The notes under the pieces are model-generated. The model did no database searches and was not told the origin of the DNA. It was given only the letters and a program-made list of their open reading frames with translations. DNA of 64,000 nt from Nitrosopumilus sp. (GTDB lineage Archaea; Thermoproteota; Nitrososphaeria; Nitrososphaerales; Nitrosopumilaceae): contig OZ242186.1 in NCBI GenBank assembly GCA_965205675.1, forward strand, positions 1,376,001-1,440,000, given 5' to 3'. The position numbers and the translations under genes were made by a program. Positions within the stretch are counted from its first letter, which is position 1. Each line of letters opens with the position of its first letter. Shown here in pieces: positions 43,195-53,337 of the stretch.

Positions 43195-45457
43195 TGAAAT
43201 TAGAATAAAGTCAGTGGAATTAGAAAATTATCGTCAATATTATGGCAAACAAAAAATTGAATTTTCGGACAGAAGTGAAGGGTTTACAATCATTTTTGGC
43301 CGGAATGGTGAGGGTAAATCAAATCTTCTCAATGCAATAAGCTGGTGTCTTTATCAGGAAGAACCTCACAGTTTGAAATCAAATAATTTTGTAAGTGATG
43401 ATAATCATTCTTTATCCATAATGAACAATAAATACATTACAGAATTGCCAGAGGAGAAAACAGGTACAACTAGTGTCAAGATCTGGCTTGCGAAGGGAGA
43501 TGATATGTATAGTATTTCACGTGTACTTAGCGTACTCAAACACAAATTACAATACAAAGAATTGCCAAATGGTAAAAAATCATTACAGATAGCCGAATTT
43601 GCGGATGACAAGGTTCCAAGTGGATGTGAGATAATGGATACAAACAGTTTTGTAATAGAAGAAAAAAAGAAAGGTGAGCCTGATTTTCATGATACAGTAA
43701 ATGAAATGAAGCCCGATGTACTGATGAAAAAGATACTTCCAAAGGAGTTATCTAAATATTTTCTGTTGGATGGTGAATTCTTAGAAACGTTTTGGGAAGA
43801 TTCATCAACTGTTCAAACTGGTATCGAACAGATTTCACAACTGCATTTGTTAAGCAAACTCGAAAACCATGTAGATAGAATGACCATACCTCCAGCAATT
43901 GGTACTGGTAATGATAGTAGATTAGCAACAGAAATAGCCAATACAAAAAGACAGATTGAGTCAAAAGATGAAAATGGTGATGAAAAATTCAGTGAGGTTT
44001 TGAGGTGGAAATTGAGTGAAAACGATGATGACAAATATTATCATTCATCTGGTGAGATTAAAATCAAAGATATTGAGGAAGACATAACCAAAATTAAGAG
44101 TAGGATAGAAGTGATTGTAAACGAATTGCCCGGAACAGGTGGCAATCTAGATTCTCTTAAAGAAGCACGAGAGAGAATAGAGGAGGAAAAGATCACAGCA
44201 CTAGAAACACAAAAAAGAATAGGCAAAAATTATCTCTACAACCTAATAACAAAAAGTCCGTACATATTTCTAAAAGAAGTAATTGATGAAAGCGTTAAAA
44301 TTATTGAGGACAAACAGAAATTAGGACAACTTCCAGTGCGTCAGAAAAAACAATTTGCTGAAGATCTCCTCCAAAGAGGAACATGTTTGTGTGGTGAGAA
44401 TCTGAATTCAGATGATGAAGACACAATCAATCGCAGAAAACGTATTGAAGAATTTAAGAAAATTCTTACGAGTAAAGTGGATTTAGATGCTGCAGTAGAT
44501 ATGAGATATAATTTTAAACATGATTTTATTGATCAGTATGAATCTTTTGTGAAAAAAAATTTTGATGATTTACGAATTGAATTTGAGAAAATAAATGATG
44601 AATGTACAGAACTAGATGAGAAACATGAAGAGCTAATTGCAAAACTAGGTGCTGCTGGAGGGGACAATGCAACAAAACTTTTGAACGAACGAAAAGAACT
44701 CAATGCCCATCTTATAAGTAAACAAACAATGTTAGAGCATGAAAAATATAACGTACGTCGGCTCAAGAAAGAATTAGGTGAGAAAAAACATCAATTTGAC
44801 AAAGAATCTAAAAAAAATAAAAAGTATCAAAGAACAACTCACGGCATCCAAAAGTGGAATAATATTTTGTCCCATATATCACAAGCATATTCTGAATTAA
44901 AAGAAGAAATACGAGAAGATATTCAAGAAAAAACATGGACTAGATTTAACGAGTTAGTATCAGATAATGAAATATTCAAATCATTTACAATTCACTCAGA
45001 TTATTCGGTTTATTTATTGGATTCAACTGACTCTAATCAAATTCGCGATATATCTGCAGGTCAGAGACTGATACTCACACTTGCTTTTGTGACAACACTG
45101 CGTGAGCCTACAGGATACAAATTCCCACTAATCATGGATTCTCCGCTAGGAAAAGTAGATAATCCAAATAGATACAATATTGCACAACATCTAAAAGAAT
45201 ATTTTCCTAATGAACAACTGACCTTACTGGTAACTGATTCAGAATATATCAATAACTTACAACCTGACAAGGATCATAAAGATATCCCAATAACTCCATT
45301 TGCAGATATTTTACAAGGAACGAATGTTGGATTGAAGCATTTCAAAATAACAAAAGAAAAATCAATGCATAGTGATAATGTAGGAAACTCTGTGATAAAA
45401 CCTGCAGAACTGGTAAAGGATGAGAAATTACAAAGATGGGAGATTACTAATGTCTGA
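43187..45457 (+). CDS. pbeC: SMC/Rad50-like ATPase with CxC hook, PbeC-like
   Basis: GRNGEGKS, FLLDGE, CLCG, SAGQR, IMDSPLGKVD; dnd context. Confidence 0.75.
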   Translation: MSDEIRIKSVELENYRQYYGKQKIEFSDRSEGFTIIFGRNGEGKSNLLNAISWCLYQEEPHSLKSNNFVSDDNHSLSIMNNKYITELPEEKTGTTSVKIWLAKGDDMYSISRVLSVLKHKLQYKELPNGKKSLQIAEFADDKVPSGCEIMDTNSFVIEEKKKGEPDFHDTVNEMKPDVLMKKILPKELSKYFLLDGEFLETFWEDSSTVQTGIEQISQLHLLSKLENHVDRMTIPPAIGTGNDSRLATEIANTKRQIESKDENGDEKFSEVLRWKLSENDDDKYYHSSGEIKIKDIEEDITKIKSRIEVIVNELPGTGGNLDSLKEARERIEEEKITALETQKRIGKNYLYNLITKSPYIFLKEVIDESVKIIEDKQKLGQLPVRQKKQFAEDLLQRGTCLCGENLNSDDEDTINRRKRIEEFKKILTSKVDLDAAVDMRYNFKHDFIDQYESFVKKNFDDLRIEFEKINDECTELDEKHEELIAKLGAAGGDNATKLLNERKELNAHLISKQTMLEHEKYNVRRLKKELGEKKHQFDKESKKNKKYQRTTHGIQKWNNILSHISQAYSELKEEIREDIQEKTWTRFNELVSDNEIFKSFTIHSDYSVYLLDSTDSNQIRDISAGQRLILTLAFVTTLREPTGYKFPLIMDSPLGKVDNPNRYNIAQHLKEYFPNEQLTLLVTDSEYINNLQPDKDHKDIPITPFADILQGTNVGLKHFKITKEKSMHSDNVGNSVIKPAELVKDEKLQRWEITNV

Positions 45458-45932
45458 TTTTGATATTAATTTTACTCCTTGGATAAACTATGGTAGGGGA
45501 GACGAAGAAAATAAAATTGGTGAAAAGATGGATGAATTACTTAATCAATCATGGTCTCCATTTAATGGATGTACCGCAGCACAAGTCTTTGTTTTCTGCA
45601 TGTCCTATGCAGTTGCTAAGGGACGAAATCTTGTCAAGCCTCCAGGCAGTAAAGGTTCAATGCCAGCATCTGCATTTAATGCAGATATGAGGGATTTGAT
45701 GAAAGCAGTTGCAATTGTACATGCAAAAGAACTTGAAATAATCACAAAACCAAAAGAAGTGGTTAGAATCGCAGAAGGATACTCATATGCAAGTTTTAAC
45801 GAAGTGTATGAAAAAATAGTCAAAATTAATTCTAAAAATTACGGTGACAAGACAAAAAAATCAAATGCTATATCTGGTTCAGATATCTTAGATTTAATTC
45901 TTCAAGAGGTTACATCCAAGAACAGTATCTAG
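45450..45932 (+). CDS. PbeD-like/DndE-like small protein
   Basis: Overlaps the ATPase stop; VF.FCMSYA...RIAEGYS pattern. Confidence 0.6.
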   Translation: MSDFDINFTPWINYGRGDEENKIGEKMDELLNQSWSPFNGCTAAQVFVFCMSYAVAKGRNLVKPPGSKGSMPASAFNADMRDLMKAVAIVHAKELEIITKPKEVVRIAEGYSYASFNEVYEKIVKINSKNYGDKTKKSNAISGSDILDLILQEVTSKNSI

Positions 45933-48154
45933 ACCATGTTGCTGATATAGTCATAACTCAGTGCATCCAAATCAATTGCAAATATCTTGGCAATCTCTTT
46001 GATGCTTTGAATTGCTTCATTTTGATTTACAGATATCTGTGCAAATTCTTTATGTCGTAACAGTTCCTTTGCAATCAATTTTCTCTGAAGTAAACTATAT
46101 TCTACATCTTCAAGTTGTATGTTTGGTGGAGTAACCAAAATATCATAGATATATGCAATATCTTTGCTTGTGGCATCGTTTTTACGTAAAATTCTTCCTC
46201 TACGCTGAATAAACTGCTTTGGATTTCCAGAACTTGCCATAAAGATGCCTGTATGCACATGTGGCACATCTACCCCTTCATCAAGACATTTTATTGCAGT
46301 CACGCAATCCAGATGACCTGTTTTAAGATTATCTAGGATATCCAATCGCTCACGAGTTTTATCTTCCCATGTTACAGAATCACTAGTTATTCCCTTATTG
46401 ACTAGAATTTCTTGTACACGCTCAAGCTGTTTTTTTGGATTATCTGATATAGGCAGGTTATTGGTGCAATAGATTAGCGTATGATCTAATTTATTGTTAA
46501 ATTCAAAGTCTAATAATTCAATTAATTTTTGATCCTTGTTTTCTGCATTGGCAACAACATCTGCACGCCTTAAATATGGATTGAATTTATCTAAATCTAT
46601 CTTTATACCGCGTTTCTTTTTTTCTTCAATTTGTGCAATCTTTGCAGTTAGGTTTTTGTATTCGTCCATCTCATTTGGTGTCAATTCTACATATGAAGGA
46701 AAATATTTGTAGGGGCAGAGAATCTTTGCATCTATTGCTTTTTTGAGATCCAAAGTATAAACAATTCCATGAAAATAATCCTTCAGAATAGATGTCCCTT
46801 TTTCATCCATGTGTCTTGTAGGCGTTGCACTGAGACCCAATCTAAAATCAAACTCTTCAAGCAATGTCTTGAGGGATGCTTCTGCCGTAATGTTGTGGAC
46901 CTCATCAACAATGAGAGTTTTTTTCACATTTTTGATCCCAGTTATCTTTTCAGTAAAGAGAGATTTTGTCAATGTTGCATGTGTTGTGAATATCACCATG
47001 TGGTTTTTGGGATATGTCTTGGAAGCAAGTAACGGTCGTTGAAAATTAGAAGTCTCTTTTTGGATTTTTTCCTTCCATCCAGTATAATCACTATGACAGA
47101 TAATTTTAGATTCAAGTGCTATTTTGTTTGATTCACCAACTCCTTTGTTCCAAGCATCTATTGTATTCTTCCATTGTTCGACAAGATGTTTTAGAGGACA
47201 TGCAATGACTGTAACTGTTCGATTATGTGATTTTTGGATTTGACTGATGCATCCAAATGCAGTAAATGTCTTGCCCGTACCCGTCGCCATTTCCAAAAGC
47301 CCTCTGGAGTCATTTTCAATCCATTTGTTTATTGCGTCATGCTGGTGTTCTCTTAACTGTATCGAGTCCGTAGATATCATCTGAGACAAATCATCTGTAT
47401 CGTGTTTTGGTATTATCCGCTTGATTTTTTCTATGGTTGATTGCAGTTCCTCCTCGGATCTAGGACGTATCTCCAAGAGACGTTGTTTTACAGCAGAAGG
47501 CAGATCAAATATTTGGATTTTTTCATCATTATTGCTCCACAAATCATTGAAATTTCTTTGATTGTCCATGATTCCTTGATTATTCGTATCGTTTGACATC
47601 CAGCTGCAAAATACAGTTAGATTCTCGATGTTCTCAGCCCATCCTTTCCATGTCTCATTTACAGAACCTGCAAATGCAATTTTTTCTCCGTTATTATAAT
47701 GAAAGATTCCAATCTTTTGATGAAATATCCCCCCACCACTTTTTGGAATGGCTATCTTGATTTCTAACTGGGGTTTTCCGTCAATAGTGTTTGCAAGCAT
47801 GTATCCTACCAGTTTGAAGAATTCCATCTTGATACTGTCAGGTTCATTTCTTAATTCTTCCAGAAAATTATCTTTAAGAATTGTTTCCTTGTCCGTCACA
47901 CTATGTTCTAATATCTCTTTGTCTTTTGATGATAGTTGTGGACTGGTGATAAGCTGAATTTTTCCATCTGATTGTATAAAGTCAAGAATCTCATTTGCCA
48001 CATTTGAGAAGGTTGTAGATGAGAAATATCCTGACAGTCTTTGATATAGTTTACAATTTACAAGTCCTGGCCTGTAAAAATCATTTATGATGTCATCTTT
48101 TGAGGAATTCCAAGTTAGTTGGGGGTTAAAATCATGCTCCAAACTTTCACTCAT
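45929..48154 (-). CDS. pbeA: PLD + SF2 helicase, PbeA-like
   Basis: DFY.P, GYFSS, FHQKIG...GSVNET, MATGTGKT, DEVH, LSATP, LDEGVDVP, QRRGR. Confidence 0.8.
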   Translation of the reverse strand: MSESLEHDFNPQLTWNSSKDDIINDFYRPGLVNCKLYQRLSGYFSSTTFSNVANEILDFIQSDGKIQLITSPQLSSKDKEILEHSVTDKETILKDNFLEELRNEPDSIKMEFFKLVGYMLANTIDGKPQLEIKIAIPKSGGGIFHQKIGIFHYNNGEKIAFAGSVNETWKGWAENIENLTVFCSWMSNDTNNQGIMDNQRNFNDLWSNNDEKIQIFDLPSAVKQRLLEIRPRSEEELQSTIEKIKRIIPKHDTDDLSQMISTDSIQLREHQHDAINKWIENDSRGLLEMATGTGKTFTAFGCISQIQKSHNRTVTVIACPLKHLVEQWKNTIDAWNKGVGESNKIALESKIICHSDYTGWKEKIQKETSNFQRPLLASKTYPKNHMVIFTTHATLTKSLFTEKITGIKNVKKTLIVDEVHNITAEASLKTLLEEFDFRLGLSATPTRHMDEKGTSILKDYFHGIVYTLDLKKAIDAKILCPYKYFPSYVELTPNEMDEYKNLTAKIAQIEEKKKRGIKIDLDKFNPYLRRADVVANAENKDQKLIELLDFEFNNKLDHTLIYCTNNLPISDNPKKQLERVQEILVNKGITSDSVTWEDKTRERLDILDNLKTGHLDCVTAIKCLDEGVDVPHVHTGIFMASSGNPKQFIQRRGRILRKNDATSKDIAYIYDILVTPPNIQLEDVEYSLLQRKLIAKELLRHKEFAQISVNQNEAIQSIKEIAKIFAIDLDALSYDYISNMV

Positions 48155-48254
48155 GAATGTCTCAGACTATTCCAATATTTTAGTATGAGTGACACCAGTT
48201 ACGTCTGTTCAGATTTAATCTGATCTTTATCGTATAAAACATTCCAGAAGATAA

Positions 48255-49390
48255 AACTTTGTTTCCTAATTATTCATTCTAGGCTCAAAATACAACCGAA
48301 AAAGATTTGGATCTGAAAAGTCAGATCTATCATGTGTCTGAGAAAAAGTACGATGATAGAAAGTACATCTCACGTGGAAAGTTCTATGTGTTGCATCTTG
48401 ATAATACAATAATGTCTGAAGGTGTAAAACAACTAAATGACAACAAGGTTGGAGCACCGTTTGTCTATTCCAATACATGCTTTATGGTGATGGCACTATT
48501 CCGAAACACCGTTGGTACTGCATACAGACAGCTACAGGGAATAGTTGAGGAGATTTTAGGAGAAGAGAATTCTCCAAAATTCCCTGCCATTTACAAGAGA
48601 ATTAACAAAATAAGTTTGAAGGGAGAGTGATACAAGTTGGTTCTCTGATGGTAAGACAAAGACTGAGATTATGTTTTTGTCTGGTGACTCCACTGGTCTC
48701 AAACCAACAAGCCGTGGTGACTGGATGGGACAAAAATGGGATGTAAAGCGCGGATTCATCAAGATGCATATCATGGTAGATAGTGACACCAAGAAAATCT
48801 ATGCAGTATCCATCACTGATGAGAAATCAGGTGACGCCCTAGAATTCAAAAAGTTACTTGATGAGGCACTACAAAACATTGAGAATTCTCCTAATGTAAC
48901 ATCATCTGAGAAATTACATGTTGGATGCGATGGTGCATATGATTCCAATGATAATTTTGATGAATGTGAAAAGAGAAATGCAATTCCAATTATTCCAATA
49001 AGAAAGAATTTCTCAGGTAAGGCAAAGGGCAGTACTGCAAGAAAGAAGCAAGGTTTCATGCAGCTTGGCAATTGTAAAATGAATCGTAAAAATGTGAAAA
49101 TGTTTAATCATTTAACAAATGAGCAAAAGATACAGAATAGAAACAAATGGAAAATTAGAGTTGGTTATGGAAGACGCCAGTCTGCAGAGATTGCAATTTC
49201 CACATTCAAGAGAGTTCTTGGAGAGAATATTTCAGCCAGAGTTTGGTGTAACGTGATAAGGGAGATAAAACTCAAGGTCATGATTTACAATTTGATGATT
49301 GATGATGCATTAGCACAGGAGATGAATCAGAATTAGATGTTTGATTTGTTTTGAGAATGAAAGTGTTAAGCAGAATTGGGAAACAAAGTT
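48255..49390 (+). mobile_element. IS5-family (IS903-like) element with frameshifted transposase
   Basis: TIR AACTTTGTTTCC(T/C)AATT; TSD GAAGATAA; DSTGLK, DGAYD, YGRR..AE. Confidence 0.88.
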
Positions 49391-49632
49391 GAAGATAATA
49401 AAACAATCTGCTCAGAATAACTGCAATATTGCATATTTGACTTTGATGCTCAAAAATATAGACCATTCCAAAACGCAAATTCAAACTGAGATTAAAAAAT
49501 ACAAAAGAAACAAGAAAAAAATAAATGTTATTTATTGTGTTCCAAATTTTGCATATCTGCATTATCTGATTCATCTACATAGATTACTTGATGTCGAGCT
49601 CTACGTCTAGTAGAAAAGATTAGATACATTAT

Positions 49633-50817
49633 TCATAATTTTTCAGCATACATATCCATCAATAATTTTATACAAGAACTGATTTCATTCGTAGCAATTT
49701 TAATCTCATCGTCTGTAGTAAATCTTCCACATCCAATTCGTATGGAAGAATGCGCCTGTATCTCATTCAATCCCAAAGCTAGCAAAACGTGTGATGGCTC
49801 TACTGTCTGTGTGGTACATGCAGAGCCTGCTGAAATTGCCAGCTTCTTTGAGACTGAATTAATTATTGACTTGCCATCTATCCCATCAAATCTCACATTG
49901 AGATTATGTGCTAGTCTGTTTTTGGGATGGCCGTTAAGCTTTGCACCTACCTTTGACAGTTCCTCAAGCATATACGCAATCCATTTTTTGTATCTCTTAT
50001 TTTCATCTTCCATCACTTCTTGTGCAATCTCTACGGCCTTGCCAAACCCGACAATTCCTGGAACATTCAAAGTTCCAGAGCGGATGTTTCTCTCCTGTCT
50101 GCCGCCATGTATGATAGAATTTATCTTTACACGTGGCAATAACCCTCGAATGTACAATACACCAATTCCTTTTGGTCCGTATATTTTATGTGCAGACATT
50201 GACATTAGATCAATGTCCATTTTTTTAACGTCAATTGGAATGTGACTCAATGCCTGTGCTGCATCTGTATGAAATAACACGTCATGTTCGTGTGCAATTT
50301 TTCCAATCTCTGCAACATTCTGTATTGTTCCAATCTCGTTGTTTGCAAACATTACTGATATCAGTACCGTCTCATCAGTGATTGCAGACTTTAGTTCATC
50401 AAGAGAGATCAAACCAGACTCATCTACAGAAAGATATGTGACCCTACATCCATTATTTTCCAAATGTCGTGCAGTATCAAGTACTGCTTTGTGTTCTGTG
50501 ACGCATGTAATGAGATGATTCCCCTTGTTCTTGTTTTTCTCCATCACTCCAATCAGTGCAAGATTATCCGATTCTGTGGCACCTGATGTAAAAATAATCT
50601 CATCAGTATTTGCCCCTATTGCATTTGCAATTTTTTCTCGTGCCACAGATACTGCAACTGATGCATCATATCCAAAGGAATGATCCAGACTGGATGCATT
50701 GCCAAAACATCCTGTAAAATATGGCCTCATCTCCTCAAAAACACGTGGATCTACAGGTGTGGTAGCATGAGAATCAAGATAAATTGGGAATTTTATCTCA
50801 GACATTTCGCTCTTCAT
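49633..50817 (-). CDS. dndA: Cysteine desulfurase DndA/IscS
   Basis: YLDSHATTP, HTDAAQ, HKIYGPKG, SAGSACT; last gene of the dnd cluster. Confidence 0.92.
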   Translation of the reverse strand: MKSEMSEIKFPIYLDSHATTPVDPRVFEEMRPYFTGCFGNASSLDHSFGYDASVAVSVAREKIANAIGANTDEIIFTSGATESDNLALIGVMEKNKNKGNHLITCVTEHKAVLDTARHLENNGCRVTYLSVDESGLISLDELKSAITDETVLISVMFANNEIGTIQNVAEIGKIAHEHDVLFHTDAAQALSHIPIDVKKMDIDLMSMSAHKIYGPKGIGVLYIRGLLPRVKINSIIHGGRQERNIRSGTLNVPGIVGFGKAVEIAQEVMEDENKRYKKWIAYMLEELSKVGAKLNGHPKNRLAHNLNVRFDGIDGKSIINSVSKKLAISAGSACTTQTVEPSHVLLALGLNEIQAHSSIRIGCGRFTTDDEIKIATNEISSCIKLLMDMYAEKL

Positions 50818-51169
50818 TGACTAGTTCGTAAAAATCACTCAAATCCTCAATTCTAGTATTCAAAGTAATGACTCCTCGGTTCAAATGACATCTGGTCATT
50901 TCTGCTAATTCTGAGTCATCTAGATTGTCTTTTTTCAAACGATTTCTCATCAATCCAAGGTAAATTTGCTCATATTCCCCAAACAAAACAGTGGGCTCTA
51001 ACAACGAACCATCTTTGTCATATTCAGCAGGATTTGGTACAGAGTTTTCTTTAATTGATAGACAAATAGCAAATCTTGCCAAAAGATTTGGAGTAAGACC
51101 TGTTCTGGCTTTTAATCGACCAAGAAGGACTTGGCTTTTTGTACTAGTTACTACATTAGAGAACTTCAA
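50798..51169 (-). CDS. dndE: DNA sulfur modification protein DndE
   Basis: LKARTGLTPNLLARFAICLS...HLNRG. Confidence 0.92.
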   Translation of the reverse strand: MKFSNVVTSTKSQVLLGRLKARTGLTPNLLARFAICLSIKENSVPNPAEYDKDGSLLEPTVLFGEYEQIYLGLMRNRLKKDNLDDSELAEMTRCHLNRGVITLNTRIEDLSDFYELVNEERNV

Positions 51170-53333
51170 CTGTCATCTCCTCTTTTTTATCAAAGAAATA
51201 TCCTAGTTGGATTTGTGTTTTTCCCTTAGAGTCATCAAATTCCAATACATAGGATTTAGAAATTGAAGGTAGTAATTTTTTGTAATAATCAGAATTGATT
51301 TCAGAGTCTGTTGATAGAATGATTGTTTGTTGCGAGGTTTTAGGGAAAAATGATTCTATCAGGTTTTCTCTGTGTTCCACATCTAATCTTGCTAGCGGCG
51401 TATCTATCATAAATGGCAATGATCGTCCTGATGTTTGAGCCAATGCCCAAACTAGAGCTGTTGCATAAATTTGAAGCTCCCCTTTGGATAGCATGTCCTT
51501 TGTAATCTCATCATCATTGGAATCCAATAGCATTACTTCAAATGTATCATGATTAATTGAAACTTTATCAATAAAATCTTCCTTGTGTAACAGCAAATCG
51601 AGTCCTTTTAGAATATTGCCTTCTAATTCAGAAAGTTTCATAGATCTTAATGATTTTGAATATTCATCCAGTACAGACTGCACAACACTGGCCATTTTCT
51701 CACTTTCAGAGAATTTTTCAGATTCCTGTTGTTTGTTCATGCATAAACGAATTTTGAAATTCAAAGATTTCAGCATGGCTTTTCTTTGAAACAAATCAGT
51801 CTCTGATTTGTCTAATTGTTCTTCTAGCCTAGTCTTTGCAGAGGTAATTTTTTGAATTTCCTTCATTAATGGACGAATTTCATCATCGTTAGGCGTAATC
51901 TTGCTCACAAGTTCTATCTTTTCAAGAGCGTTTTTCTTAATTTTATGAGAATTTGATAAATTATAGATTTTTTCAATATTGGGTTTTTTTGCATTTTCAA
52001 TCATATTCAAAAATCGAATCATATCGTTTTGGGTGAAATTAAAAAAGGTTTCAGAATTTGAAGAATTATCCTCAGGTTTGATGATTTTGGAAATTTCCAA
52101 TTGTATAGATTCTTTGATTTCCTTTGGAACTTTAGGTAAAAACGATTTTGAATTAATTGCAGTTGAAATTTTTGATTCGCATCTTTCTAAAATTTCTTGT
52201 TCATATCTTGAATGAATTTTATTTTGATCAGACTCTATTTGTGTTTTGATTTCATCTAGCTGCTCAGGAATTAGACTAAACGGTAATTCAGTAGAACAGA
52301 TATCTCTGATTTCTTTTTCTGTAATTGCAATTTTTGATGTAATGTCACTTTCATTTTTTTCCATCTCTCTATATTTTGAAAAATATTTCCCCCCAACTTT
52401 TTCAAATTTTTCTTCGACCAGACGTAATTGTTTTTGGGATTCTTGGATATTTCCAGTTAACTCTTTGACTTCAAATTCCCCATCTTCTATTTTCTTTTTC
52501 AAGTCTTTTTGTAATTTTAAAAATAATGGTAAATATTCTACAGTCAAATCCTTTATCAACAAATTACCATATGTCTTTAAAAGAGATTCAAAATCAGATT
52601 CATCATATTCCATATCATGATCAATCTTTTCTTGTTTAGGGTTTGTTTTCTTTGAATTTCTATACAACATCAAACTGATGTCTTTTTGGAGTTGATGTAC
52701 AATGTCTAATCCTAACAGAGTATCAAATGAGGATTGAAGGTAGAGATTCTCATTTCCATCATCTGCAATACTCTGGATTTTTTCCCCATCAAAAAAGAAT
52801 AGCTTTGCAATTCCTTTTGGAATTAATTGGTTGATGAATTGCTGCCATTCAGATTTTTCAATTGAATCCAACTCTTCAAATCTACTATCTGTGAATCGAT
52901 TAGTTTTTTTAGGCACTTTCATGTCTAACTCCTGATGTTGATTTGATTCTAAATCCAGTTTTTTAATTGAAAGATCCTCTTGGATTTTGCCCTCATTTTT
53001 TTGCCAAGTTCGAGTCACTTGATACTGCTGAATTTTTCCATCAAATGCAAATTCAAACTCTATAGATATTGATGCATTCTCGGCAGTTTCTTTAGTATCT
53101 TGATTTCGATGAAGTAACCGTAGAATTTTCTCATTGTATTCCCTTTGTCTTATGGAATCATCAGAGTCTTTTCCGTAAAAACACAACATCATTGATTCAA
53201 AAAGAGTTGTTTTTCCTGCACCGTTTGTTCCCCCACATAGAATTACAGTCTTCTCTCCAGATGTGTTAAAATCAAATTCGTTTACTCCCCCATAAACTCC
53301 CAAATCATTGATACAAATTTTTTTGATAATCAT
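51156..53333 (-). CDS. dndD: DNA sulfur modification ATPase DndD
   Basis: GGTNGAGKTT, LFFFDGEKI, LSKGE, IDTPLARLD..HR, ILSTDSEI. Confidence 0.93.
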   Translation of the reverse strand: MIIKKICINDLGVYGGVNEFDFNTSGEKTVILCGGTNGAGKTTLFESMMLCFYGKDSDDSIRQREYNEKILRLLHRNQDTKETAENASISIEFEFAFDGKIQQYQVTRTWQKNEGKIQEDLSIKKLDLESNQHQELDMKVPKKTNRFTDSRFEELDSIEKSEWQQFINQLIPKGIAKLFFFDGEKIQSIADDGNENLYLQSSFDTLLGLDIVHQLQKDISLMLYRNSKKTNPKQEKIDHDMEYDESDFESLLKTYGNLLIKDLTVEYLPLFLKLQKDLKKKIEDGEFEVKELTGNIQESQKQLRLVEEKFEKVGGKYFSKYREMEKNESDITSKIAITEKEIRDICSTELPFSLIPEQLDEIKTQIESDQNKIHSRYEQEILERCESKISTAINSKSFLPKVPKEIKESIQLEISKIIKPEDNSSNSETFFNFTQNDMIRFLNMIENAKKPNIEKIYNLSNSHKIKKNALEKIELVSKITPNDDEIRPLMKEIQKITSAKTRLEEQLDKSETDLFQRKAMLKSLNFKIRLCMNKQQESEKFSESEKMASVVQSVLDEYSKSLRSMKLSELEGNILKGLDLLLHKEDFIDKVSINHDTFEVMLLDSNDDEITKDMLSKGELQIYATALVWALAQTSGRSLPFMIDTPLARLDVEHRENLIESFFPKTSQQTIILSTDSEINSDYYKKLLPSISKSYVLEFDDSKGKTQIQLGYFFDKKEEMTVEVL

Positions 53334-53337
53334 AGAA

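Noticed and set aside
49341-49610. ORFs between the IS5 element and dndA
   Set aside because: They span the IS end and have no recognisable motifs.
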